Shown: positions 33,290 to 42,322, counted from the first letter of the stretch. The stretch is DNA of 64,000 bases from Desulfosudaceae bacterium (GCA_963674745.2 CAXXDV010000001.1:608001-672000); one strand, 5' to 3'. Notes: generated by a model not told the origin, from the letters alone. Program-made: numbers and translations.

Positions 33290-33515
33290 GGATCAGGCTT
33301 ATCCGAAGTTCAACTGGAACGCGGTTGACAACGCTGATGATGGTTTACGATTAAAAAACGGGCTTGAGGGGATGACGCCCACTTCTTTAAAGATTTTTTT
33401 GATGTGTTATTTAGTAAACTGGCGTACTTGTACGATCGATAATAGCTTGACTTGTATCAATTTTTATGTTTAAAAAATCTTTAAATCCATCAAAAACAAC
33501 GAGACCGCCATAATA

Positions 33516-33601
33516 TTCATGCCAAAGCCAACCGCCGGGTGACCGGTTGACGGAAAGCAACGGGCCTTTTGTAATATAAAAGGCAGCCGGGCCGTCATGA
33601 A
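33516..33601 (+). ncRNA. Cyclic dinucleotide riboswitch, GEMM-I (c-di-GMP-I) class
   Basis: P1 TTCATG/CATGAA; AAAGCCAA...CCGG-GTGA-CCGG GNRA-capped P2; GACGGAAAGC junction; P3 CGGGCCTTTT...AAAAGGCAGCCGGG; lies in the 5' UTR of a surface-protein gene. Confidence 0.82.
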
Positions 33602-33614
33602 ACGATGATTTGAG

Positions 33615-33656
33615 GCCGGACCGCCTTTGGTAAAGAATGGTTCGGTTTTTTATTTT
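33615..33656 (+). terminator. Intrinsic terminator of the riboswitch expression platform
   Basis: GCCGGACCG...TGGTTCGGT stem followed by TTTTTATTTT, between the aptamer and the start codon. Confidence 0.7.
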
Positions 33657-33688
33657 AATCTATACGGGGGGAGAAAAGGGGGGGGATC

Positions 33689-36600
33689 ATGAAAATCAAA
33701 CAAACCTGCCTGCTGACGTTGTTCCTGGGGCTGGTACTGTCAATAGCGACATATTCAATGGCGGATGTGGATTTTACCGCCAGCAAAATGTATGACGCCG
33801 CCGGGGACAATCCAAATCCAGTTGCCACTGGTGACCTTAACGGCGACAACCACCCTGACCTGGTAACAGCTAATCGGTCATCCAACAACGTATCCGTACT
33901 GATCAACAACGGCGACGGCACTTTTGCCGCGGCCGTAAATTACAGTACCGGGAACTGGCCATATTCAGTTGCCATCGGGGACTTGGACGGCGACTCCCAC
34001 CCTGACCTGGTAACAGCTAATTCTTATTCCAACGACGTATCCGTGCTGATGGGCAACGGTGACGGTACTTTTGCCACGGATGTCATATACAGCGCCGGAG
34101 ACGGGCCACATTCAGTTGCCATCGGGGACTTGGACGGCGACTCCCATCCTGACCTGGTAACAACGAATAATGATGCCGACGACGTATCTGTGCTGATCAA
34201 TAACGGCGACGGCACTTTTGCCATGCGCGTAAAATACAGCGCCGGGAACGGGCCACGTTCAGTTGCCATCGGAGACCTGGACGGCGACTCCCACCCTGAT
34301 CTGACAGTTGGTAATATTTTGGACGACAACATATCCGTACTGATCAACAACGGCGACGGCACTTTTGCCGCGGCCGTCAACTACAGCGCCGGAGACGGGC
34401 CACGTTCAGTTGCCATCGGGGACCTGGACGGCGACTCCCATCCTGACCTGGTAACAGCTAACCAGTCATCCGACAACGTATCCGTGCTGACCAATAATGG
34501 AGACGGCACTTTTACCGCCCCAGTCAACTTCGCTGCAGATAACTCCCCCTATTCAATCGTCGCTGACGATTTGAATGGTGATAATTATCTGGATCTGGCT
34601 GTGGCTAATTATTACTCTGAAAGTTTGACAGTGCTGTTGGGCCACGGCAACGGCACCTTTGCCGCCGCTGTTAATTACGCTGCCGGAGAGGGAGCATGTT
34701 CAGTTGCCGTTACCGATCTCGACGGAGATACCCACCCAGATCTGGTTGCAGTCAATGGTGTAGCTGACAATATTTCTGTTTTGGCAAATAACGGCGATGG
34801 GACTTTTGACTGCGCTGTTAAATACGATGCGGGTGACGGGCCCTTTTCAATTGCCATTACCGATCTGGATAGTGATGCCAACCTGGATTTGGCGGTGGTC
34901 AATAATTATTCTGACGATGTCTCTGTGCTATTGGGCAACGGCAACGGGACTTTTACCGCATATACCAGCTACAGCGTGGGTGATTCACCATGGACAGTAG
35001 CCAGTGCCGACCTGAACGGTGATAATTGTCCAGACTTGGCTACGGCTAACGGTGTTTCTGACAATGTATCGGTGCTGTTGGGCAACGGTGATGGGACCTT
35101 TGGCGTCGCTGTTAATTTTGCCGCCGGTGATCGACCAATGTCAATTGCGATTGACGACCTTGACGGTGATACTTTCCCTGATTTGGTGGTGGCTAACAAT
35201 AACTCTGACAACTTGTCGGTACTGCTGGGCAACGGCGATGGGACTTTTGACGCCGCTGTTAACTATTCTATTTGGGGATCACCCAATTCAATTGCTATTG
35301 CCGATCTGAACGGTGATAATTGTCCGGACCTCCTGGCAGGGGATGTCGACTATGACATCGTCTCGGTACTGTTGGGCAACGGCGACGGCACCTTTGCCAC
35401 CCATACTGATTACAGTGTGGGTGATTCACCAAAGTCAATAGCCCTTGCCGACCTGAACGGTGATACCTATCCGGACTTGGCTGTGGCCAACATTTCTTCT
35501 GACAATGTGTCGGTGCTGTTAGGCAATGGCGATGGGAGCTTTGTCGCCGCTATTAATTATGCCGCCGGAGATGGACCAAAAGCGATTGCCATCGCGGATC
35601 TGAACAGCGACACTCACCTGGACTTGGCAGTAGCCAATAATTATTCTGACAACATCTCGGTGCTGTTGGGCAACGGTGATGGCACCTTTGCCGCTGCCGT
35701 CAATCTTATTGCCGGTAACATGTTGGAATGTATTGCCATTGCTGACCTTAATGGAGACTCTGCGCCGGATCTTGTAACCGCTAATCAGAAAGCCGACAGC
35801 GTATCCGTGCTGATTAACCGTTCAACACTATCCTGCGACACCCCACCCGCTGCCCCCATCCCGACCTCACCCTCGGGAACCATTGATCAGACCACGCCGA
35901 TCTATGTCTGGGAGAGCGATCCCTGCGCCGATGCTTACCAACTTATCATCCGGGACGAGGCCCAACAGGATATCTTTTCCCAATGGTATGATGCAGCTGT
36001 GGTGGATAACGGTGACGGAACCTGTTCTATAAATCCCGGCCTGGAACTTGCCCCGGGTAGTTATTATTGGCTGGTGCAGGCGCAAAATCAGTATGGAACA
36101 GGTCCCTTGAGTACGGAAATGGCCTTTACGGTCGAAGAAGCCGATAGCGACGGTGATGGCACGCCGGATTCCAGTGACGGCTGTCCCTACGATCCGAACA
36201 AGATTGATCCGGGTGCTTGCGGCTGCGGTATAGCGGACACGGACACCGACAGTGACGGCACACCGGACTGCAACGATGGCTGCCCGAATGATCCGGCCAA
36301 GGTTGATCCGGGTGCCTGCGGATGTGGGATTCCGGATACGGACACGGACAGTGACGGTACACCTGACTGTAACGACTTGTGCCCAAATGACCCGAACAAG
36401 GTTGATCCGGGTACATGCGGATGCGGCATAGCAGACACCGATACCGACAGCGATGGTACCCCGGACTGTATTGATCAGTGTCCAAATGATCCGAATAAAA
36501 CCAATCCCGGTACGTGCGGATGCGGTGTGCCGGATACAGACTCCGACGTTGACGGTGTTCCGGACTGTAACGATCAGTGTCCCAACGATCCAAACAAGAC

Positions 36601-38212
36601 GGTTCCGGGAACCTGCGGATGCGGGGTTGCGGACACGGATACCGATAGTGACGGTACGCTGGACTGCAACGATGGCTGTCCCAACGATCCGGCCAAGATC
36701 GATCCCGGAGTCTGCGGCTGCGGCGTAGCAGATACGGATACGGACAGTGACGGTACGCTGGACTGTAACGACGGTTGTCCGAATGATCCGGCCAAGATCG
36801 ATCCGGGTGCCTGCGGATGCGGAGTGCCTGACACTGACACGGACGGTGACGGCACGCCCGACTGCAATGACCTGTCGCCTTTTGGTGTTGACTTTGGTGA
36901 TGCCCCGGATCCGACCTACCCGACACTGCTTGCATCAGACGGCGCCCGCCATACGATCCTCCCGGGATATTTTCTGGGTTCAGGCATAGACTACGAATCT
37001 GACGGTCAGCCTGACGTCGATGCCATGGGCGATGATAACAATGGAATTACGGACGAAGACGGGGTGGTTTTCAACACCCTTATTATTGCGGGTCAAACCG
37101 TGAGCTTGACAGTAACCGCTTCGGACACCGGGAACCTGGATGCCTGGATCGATTTGAATGGGGATGGTGACTGGGCTGATGCGGAAGATCAGATTTTTAC
37201 CAACCAGGCATTAACAGCCGGCGAAAACGATTTGGACATTGATCTTCCGGTCAGCGCTGTGGCAGGTATGACCTTTGCGCGATTCCGGTTCAGTGCAGCC
37301 GGTGGCTTATCATATGACGGCCTTGCCGCTGATGGAGAAATAGAAGATTACCAGGTTGAGATTCTGGGGGATGCAGATGGCGATGGTGAACCGGACATCA
37401 CCGATGGTTGCCCGAACGACGCGAACAAGGTTGATCCCGGTACGTGCGGCTGCGGTGTGTTGGATACCGACTCCGATGTTGACGGTGTTCCGGACTGTAT
37501 TGATCAGTGCCCCAACGATCCCAACAAGACGGTCCCAGGCACCTGCGGATGCGGCGTTGCTGACACGGACACCGACAGTGACGGTACGCCGGACTGTATC
37601 GATCAGTGCCCGAATGATCCCGATAAGACCGTTCCCGGTACATGCGGATGCGGTGTAACGGATGCTGATTCAGATAACGACGGTGTTGCGGATTGTAATG
37701 ACAATTGCCCCGGCACACCCTCCGGAGAAAGTGTTGATTCCAGTGGATGCGATATTGACGCTCCGACGCCCGACCCGATGGTTTTCTCATCCAACCCCTC
37801 GGCAGGTGGAACGGGTTCGATCAGCATGACCGCGGCAACAGCCGCTGACGGGAATGGTGTCCAATATTATTTTGAGGAGACAACAGGAAACAGCGGTGGG
37901 ACAGACAGCGGGTGGCAGGACAGTGCCAGTTATACAGACACCGGGTTAAGCGCCAGCACGCAATACGCGTATCGGGTCAAGGCCCGCGACAAATCCGCAA
38001 ACAATAACGAAACCGGCTGGTCTTCGGTACAGACCGCCACAACCGACGATCCGCCCAAGTCGGGCTGTGGCGCGGCGCCAATGGGACGCAACGGTATTGA
38101 CCCTGTTTCCGCCAGAAAATCCATGGGCAAGGCAGCGCTTCCGTTAGCGCCCTCGATCCTGGCACTGGGCATTTGGTCTCTGATTAACCGCAAAAAAAGT
38201 CGCGAGGCCTAA
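33689..38212 (+). CDS. Large secreted surface protein: 14 FG-GAP/VCBS repeats, Ig-like domain, TSP3-like Ca-binding CGCG repeats, GEVED domain, FN3-like domain, C-terminal Cys-TM-basic tail
   Basis: Signal peptide ending YSMA|D; 14 DL(N/D)(G/S)D...DL units; 10 DxCPxDxxKxxPGxCGCG units; DFGDAP...AWID.N.DGD...ARFR...GEIEDY; ends KSGCGAAP...AALPLAPSILALGIWSLINRKKSREA. Confidence 0.9.
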   Translation: MKIKQTCLLTLFLGLVLSIATYSMADVDFTASKMYDAAGDNPNPVATGDLNGDNHPDLVTANRSSNNVSVLINNGDGTFAAAVNYSTGNWPYSVAIGDLDGDSHPDLVTANSYSNDVSVLMGNGDGTFATDVIYSAGDGPHSVAIGDLDGDSHPDLVTTNNDADDVSVLINNGDGTFAMRVKYSAGNGPRSVAIGDLDGDSHPDLTVGNILDDNISVLINNGDGTFAAAVNYSAGDGPRSVAIGDLDGDSHPDLVTANQSSDNVSVLTNNGDGTFTAPVNFAADNSPYSIVADDLNGDNYLDLAVANYYSESLTVLLGHGNGTFAAAVNYAAGEGACSVAVTDLDGDTHPDLVAVNGVADNISVLANNGDGTFDCAVKYDAGDGPFSIAITDLDSDANLDLAVVNNYSDDVSVLLGNGNGTFTAYTSYSVGDSPWTVASADLNGDNCPDLATANGVSDNVSVLLGNGDGTFGVAVNFAAGDRPMSIAIDDLDGDTFPDLVVANNNSDNLSVLLGNGDGTFDAAVNYSIWGSPNSIAIADLNGDNCPDLLAGDVDYDIVSVLLGNGDGTFATHTDYSVGDSPKSIALADLNGDTYPDLAVANISSDNVSVLLGNGDGSFVAAINYAAGDGPKAIAIADLNSDTHLDLAVANNYSDNISVLLGNGDGTFAAAVNLIAGNMLECIAIADLNGDSAPDLVTANQKADSVSVLINRSTLSCDTPPAAPIPTSPSGTIDQTTPIYVWESDPCADAYQLIIRDEAQQDIFSQWYDAAVVDNGDGTCSINPGLELAPGSYYWLVQAQNQYGTGPLSTEMAFTVEEADSDGDGTPDSSDGCPYDPNKIDPGACGCGIADTDTDSDGTPDCNDGCPNDPAKVDPGACGCGIPDTDTDSDGTPDCNDLCPNDPNKVDPGTCGCGIADTDTDSDGTPDCIDQCPNDPNKTNPGTCGCGVPDTDSDVDGVPDCNDQCPNDPNKTVPGTCGCGVADTDTDSDGTLDCNDGCPNDPAKIDPGVCGCGVADTDTDSDGTLDCNDGCPNDPAKIDPGACGCGVPDTDTDGDGTPDCNDLSPFGVDFGDAPDPTYPTLLASDGARHTILPGYFLGSGIDYESDGQPDVDAMGDDNNGITDEDGVVFNTLIIAGQTVSLTVTASDTGNLDAWIDLNGDGDWADAEDQIFTNQALTAGENDLDIDLPVSAVAGMTFARFRFSAAGGLSYDGLAADGEIEDYQVEILGDADGDGEPDITDGCPNDANKVDPGTCGCGVLDTDSDVDGVPDCIDQCPNDPNKTVPGTCGCGVADTDTDSDGTPDCIDQCPNDPDKTVPGTCGCGVTDADSDNDGVADCNDNCPGTPSGESVDSSGCDIDAPTPDPMVFSSNPSAGGTGSISMTAATAADGNGVQYYFEETTGNSGGTDSGWQDSASYTDTGLSASTQYAYRVKARDKSANNNETGWSSVQTATTDDPPKSGCGAAPMGRNGIDPVSARKSMGKAALPLAPSILALGIWSLINRKKSREA

Positions 38213-38224
38213 TCTTCACGAGAC

Positions 38225-38257
38225 AACAAGGGCGGTCAGGCAATGACCGCCCTTGTT
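38225..38257. terminator. Hairpin between convergent genes, probable bidirectional terminator
   Basis: Perfect 14-bp stem AACAAGGGCGGTCA/TGACCGCCCTTGTT with a 5-nt loop. Confidence 0.75.
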
Positions 38258-40241
38258 ATTTATAGGGGAAAAAGCGGCAGGCGGGATCGCCAAGCAGGTT
38301 GTACAGGAAAAGATCATTCCGCAGCATGCCCGGCGTGCCCAGTGACGCCTTTTCATTCTCAGGCACAGCATTTAAAAGAGACCTCGCCAGCGGGTCATTG
38401 CCGGCAATCTCGTTGAATGATTGATCCCCGGTATCATAGAGGGCCTGCTGAATGCCAAGGAACGCCTGGCCGATCGTGTCGGTCGTTTTTTGCAGATGCA
38501 TGATTATTCCCTTTACAAACAAATAGTTTGTCAGGGGATGGGTTGTGCCTGTTGCCGATACGACCCCGACAGGACCGTTTGGTTGGGCCAAAAACGCTTC
38601 CCCTAGAGACGGTCCGCTGCTTTTGGGCAGGCAATACCGTCCTGAGTCACACCCCAGCATAAAAAGAACACCCGGGGGGGAATTCCCTGCCGGAGAATTC
38701 AACGACATTTTCGAAACATCTTCTACGCTGAGAAATATCTCTTCACCATCGTAAGTTCCGGCTGTCACGCTCCGGTATGACCCGTGAGAGACGATGAGCG
38801 ACAGAAAGGGGCGGTTGCTGTTTAAGCGGGCAAGAAATGTAAAGGGCTGCGCTTTGAGTTCTCCTGATGAGACGGCCTGAGAATCCGCGCCGATAACAAC
38901 AGGAACAATCCAGTCCGGCAGGCGTTCCAGCAAACGGGGCGCCATCCGGCTCATCTGGGCCGTGTACCCCTGGGCGCCAAACCACACCAGCACCTTCTTT
39001 TGTGCAGGACCGGCATACTGTTTTGAATAGCTGATGATTTTTTTGATCTGTGCGTCAAGTTCAGCGGTAGACTGAATAGCCAGCCGCCCTACCGGCACAT
39101 CCGGCAAACCGTCATTGTCCATATCACCGTATTGAGCGTCCGACGTATATTTTCCGGAGGCAAACGACGGCATATGCCATGGGGCCTGCATGTCATTGCC
39201 ATGCCCGCAATCACCAACAATCAGGATATTTCCGATCGGTTCTTGGAACATCCTTTGCCGGCTCTCTATCCAGCCTTTTACGTCTTCGCGGTCCGGGGTG
39301 GTTTCCCAGGCCCTGACAACGACCCGATATCCTTCTTTTTCTCTAAAACCCGCCCATTCGTTTAAGGCCTCGGAAAAAACAGACCGGGTCACAACAAGAT
39401 AGGGGATTTGGTTAACGGTTTTCTCAGAAACCGCTTTAAACATCATATTTCTTATGCCGGTTCCCGCCAACAACGAAAGAAGCAGCAGACAGACGGCCGC
39501 GACAGCCCCTCTTTTCTTCCATTTCAGGATCAAAAGAACGCACAGGGATAAGATAAAAATCAACACACAAACGACCTGAAACACGCGTAGCCCCGGAATT
39601 AATAAAAGGCCGGAATCCGCACCTCTGAAAAACTCGCTGATAAACCGATGAGCGGCAAGAAACAGGCAGTACAGCGGAAATAAACAGACCCGCTTTTCAG
39701 GCTTCCCCCACAACCATTGAAGGATAACAAGGGAGAACGCTTCACCGATCATGCTGTAAATCTGGGTCGGATGCACCATGCAATTCAGACGATCTGAAAA
39801 AACAGCCCAGGGGACATCCGAAGGCGTTCCATAACAGCAGCCATTCACCAGGCATCCGATACGGGCGATAATATGGGCCAGCGCATAAGCCGGCGCGACA
39901 CTTCCCAGATTGCTCCAAAACGGCTTTTTAGCCACCCGAAGAACGATCCACATGCCGAGAGGTCCCAGCAGCGGGCCTCCCAGCCAGGTGCCTGTTTCCT
40001 GCCAGAAAGCGATTGCCAGCCAAAAGTCATCCACGAACAGTCGGGGATAGAAGATCAGCACATAAAGGATCCGGGTGCCCAGAAGACCGGCGTAGATCCC
40101 CGCAGTGAGGGCGATAATAGCCAGGGGGAAAGAGCAGCCGTTTTTGAACATGTTTCTGGTGGCCAGCACACCACCGGCAAGGAACCCTGTAAAGCCCCAG
40201 AACCAGTAATTCATTATTAAATTGATGAAATATTCAACCAT
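38256..40241 (-). CDS. Fusion of an Lgt-like prolipoprotein diacylglyceryl transferase domain and a peptidase C25 (gingipain-like) domain
   Basis: N-terminal TM domain: GTRILYV, ARIGCLVNGCCYG, HPTQIY, RFISEFFR. C-terminal domain: ILIVGD, SDAQYGD.D.D..PDVPVGRL, SHG (His), GCDSG (Cys), SLGEAFL, YNLLGDP. Confidence 0.85.
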   Translation of the reverse strand: MVEYFINLIMNYWFWGFTGFLAGGVLATRNMFKNGCSFPLAIIALTAGIYAGLLGTRILYVLIFYPRLFVDDFWLAIAFWQETGTWLGGPLLGPLGMWIVLRVAKKPFWSNLGSVAPAYALAHIIARIGCLVNGCCYGTPSDVPWAVFSDRLNCMVHPTQIYSMIGEAFSLVILQWLWGKPEKRVCLFPLYCLFLAAHRFISEFFRGADSGLLLIPGLRVFQVVCVLIFILSLCVLLILKWKKRGAVAAVCLLLLSLLAGTGIRNMMFKAVSEKTVNQIPYLVVTRSVFSEALNEWAGFREKEGYRVVVRAWETTPDREDVKGWIESRQRMFQEPIGNILIVGDCGHGNDMQAPWHMPSFASGKYTSDAQYGDMDNDGLPDVPVGRLAIQSTAELDAQIKKIISYSKQYAGPAQKKVLVWFGAQGYTAQMSRMAPRLLERLPDWIVPVVIGADSQAVSSGELKAQPFTFLARLNSNRPFLSLIVSHGSYRSVTAGTYDGEEIFLSVEDVSKMSLNSPAGNSPPGVLFMLGCDSGRYCLPKSSGPSLGEAFLAQPNGPVGVVSATGTTHPLTNYLFVKGIIMHLQKTTDTIGQAFLGIQQALYDTGDQSFNEIAGNDPLARSLLNAVPENEKASLGTPGMLRNDLFLYNLLGDPACRFFPYK

Positions 40242-41095
40242 TCCACAACGATATTAATACTCACGTGAATAATCAAGGCCCAACCGATGCCGGATGTCCT
40301 CTGCGTCACTGCGCCAAAAATCAGCCCGAGTGCCAGGACACATCCAAGATAACCGAAACCGGACAGAACAACAGGCCCAAGATGCATATGAAACACGGTG
40401 TAAAGCAACGCCTGAAAAATGATTCCCGGGATCAGGCCATACCGCTCCACACAAACGGGTTGAAGTATTCCCCGGTAGCAAATCTCTTCGGTGCCACCGG
40501 TCAGGGAGGCTTTCATGATCGCGATCAACACGACCCCCCAGAATGGTCCCAGCGGCTGAATCTGAATCCTTGTCACAATACCGATCGCCATGAAAACGGC
40601 TGCCGCGGAAGTAACGACCAGAACCACAGACAAGGGCGTTGTGACAGAAAAGCGCCCCCACGCCCCCCAACGAATGGGATTGCCCTGCCCATTGACGCGG
40701 TTCATAATAAGCACCGGAACCAGGACGTTGGCCGCAAATATGAAATGAAAATATAATAACAGCAGATATCCGTATAAATTACCGGGACGGGCAAGGGGCC
40801 ACGCGACTAGGCCATAATACCGAAAACAATTAAACACCCAGAATCCGGTGGCAAGAGCTGTAATTAACCTGAGTAGCCGACGATCTGCATAAACAGGTCT
40901 TAACACCGGGACAAATGCCGTAATCGCCATGCCAGTCACAATAAACAGGGCCACGGCAATACGCCAGCGGTCTGCCCCGGCTGCTGTGAGCAAATGAACC
41001 ACAAGTAAAAAAACAGCTAAAAGTGCAACCGGCTCAAATATTAAATATACTTTATTGTTTTTGTGAAAGGCGTGATCAGGGATATGCGTTTTCAT
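40217..41095 (-). CDS. CPBP/Abi (CAAX prenyl protease type II-like) glutamic intramembrane protease
   Basis: Multi-TM protein with EEICYRG, YTVFH and HVSIN motifs; its 3' end overlaps the start of the Lgt-C25 gene. Confidence 0.88.
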   Translation of the reverse strand: MKTHIPDHAFHKNNKVYLIFEPVALLAVFLLVVHLLTAAGADRWRIAVALFIVTGMAITAFVPVLRPVYADRRLLRLITALATGFWVFNCFRYYGLVAWPLARPGNLYGYLLLLYFHFIFAANVLVPVLIMNRVNGQGNPIRWGAWGRFSVTTPLSVVLVVTSAAAVFMAIGIVTRIQIQPLGPFWGVVLIAIMKASLTGGTEEICYRGILQPVCVERYGLIPGIIFQALLYTVFHMHLGPVVLSGFGYLGCVLALGLIFGAVTQRTSGIGWALIIHVSINIVVEWLNISSI

Positions 41096-41236
41096 GGACT
41101 GATATTATACGATATTATTCCCCATGACAAAAGCACACACAACATTCAGGTATCCGCCAAAATCCACGATTGATTTTTCATGTGTTTTCCTAAAGGACAC
41201 AGCAGGTCAAAAAATCGTCCCCTTTAAATACTGACG

Positions 41237-41303
41237 TTCTTGCAATACGTTGCATTGGTTGCACATAGGTTGCAGCGAGAGGTTGTTTCAGGGCAACTTT
41301 AAC
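41237..41303 (+). repeat. att-arm-like repeat, copy A (iterated TTGCA)
   Basis: TTCTTGCAATACGTTGCATTGGTTGCACATAGGTTGCAGCGAGAGG...CAGGGCAAC; near-identical copy at about 43037 and a partial copy at about 48737. Confidence 0.8.
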
Positions 41304-41347
41304 AGATTCGGTTTCAATAAAATCAATATGTTATAGGTTAAAACAAA

Positions 41348-41393
41348 ACTTCGAATCCGTAGGCCGGGGGTTCGAACCCCTCCGGGCGCGCCA
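41348..41393 (+). repeat. att core: tRNA-Arg 3' fragment, copy 2
   Basis: ACTTCGAATCCGTAGGCCGGGGGTTCGAACCCCTCCGGGCGCGCCA; one mismatch to 32714-32759. Confidence 0.93.
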
Positions 41394-41404
41394 ATAAATT
41401 TATT

Positions 41405-42322
41405 TCAGAAAGTCCATGGACCTGACACAGTCCATTTTGAAGGCGGCGACTTTCGTGCAATCAAAGCCGAGGTTATCGGGCTGATAAATTCTTTCACTTG
41501 CATGACAATGATTTCGAACTCAGCAGGAACATGATCATGTTTGAGCTTTTTCCTGAAAGCATTCCATTGGACTTGTTTTGCTATGATGAACTCATGTGAA
41601 AAGGCAACTATATTTATGCTGTCTGGAAGTTCTGTCCCACGTTGCTCAAGCGTCAATCTGATCGCTTCTGACAGAATCTTACCATCAAAATCAAAATTGC
41701 GCGAAAGAAGCCAGATATCATAGAAATCCTTCATCCGGCTGTTCAACTCTCGACGTTTCAACATGGCTTCAAATTTTTCCGCGATCGAACTTTCACGGCT
41801 GTAACACAATAATTGAGGGGCCGGGAACTCCAGTATCGTCGGTATTTCTGATCTTTCAGGTTCGGGATAGATAATATCGCCGAATCCTATATCAATCTGT
41901 ATATTAAGCCTCATTGTATCCAGTTTTGTCGGAAACGATATTCTGACGCCCTGATATTCCGCATCCTCAGTAATATGCTCGGCCATTATGTTTTCAGGAG
42001 AGAAAGAGAGTCCGTCAGGATCAACAGCAACGGTTAGTATATCGGTTATATTGGAAATAAGTGACGACACGTCATTGTCTGTTTTACCAAGCAGGTCAAT
42101 GTCCATCGTTGATCGGATTTCAGGCGCTTGCCAGATCCGAAGCATCAGCGCCCCCTTCAGGATAAACCGGTTGGCATGCCGAGATTGTGCCAGGCGATAC
42201 AGAAACCGCTCCATGGCATAGTAATGAACCAGTTCTTGAAAAGGACGGCCATCAGTTCTGGCTTTATTGAGCAGCCGCTGTCTTACGGAGGCTGAGACAT
42301 TTTTCACCTGCTTTTTTATCAA
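41405..42322 (-). CDS. AbiEii/AbiGii-family nucleotidyl transferase toxin (type IV TA)
   Basis: ERFLYRL, FILKGA, RSTMDIDL, IDIGFGD, IAEKFEA and NSRMKDFYD. Confidence 0.9.
   Translation of the reverse strand: MIKKQVKNVSASVRQRLLNKARTDGRPFQELVHYYAMERFLYRLAQSRHANRFILKGALMLRIWQAPEIRSTMDIDLLGKTDNDVSSLISNITDILTVAVDPDGLSFSPENIMAEHITEDAEYQGVRISFPTKLDTMRLNIQIDIGFGDIIYPEPERSEIPTILEFPAPQLLCYSRESSIAEKFEAMLKRRELNSRMKDFYDIWLLSRNFDFDGKILSEAIRLTLEQRGTELPDSINIVAFSHEFIIAKQVQWNAFRKKLKHDHVPAEFEIIVMQVKEFISPITSALIARKSPPSKWTVSGPWTF

Larger units (their letters stand above)
32760..41393. mobile_element. tRNA-Arg-integrated cassette 1 (no integrase present)
   Basis: Bounded by direct repeats of the tRNA-Arg 3' 46 nt at 32714-32759 and 41348-41393. 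Confidence 0.8.

Noticed and set aside
33666..33685. G6 and G8 tracts before the surface-protein start as a phase-variation switch
   Set aside because: The tracts are short, and similar G-rich RBS regions precede other genes (about 2405 and 31558), so there is no specific evidence.
33770..37760. Regular DNA repeats that could suggest a CRISPR array or DGR template/variable repeats
   Set aside because: Units are 147 and 99 nt, in frame and protein-coding, with no unique spacers; no cas or reverse transcriptase gene is in the window.
41348..41393. Possible extra tRNA genes here and at 48798-48843
   Set aside because: Only the 3' half is present, with no D arm or 5' acceptor strand; treated as att cores.
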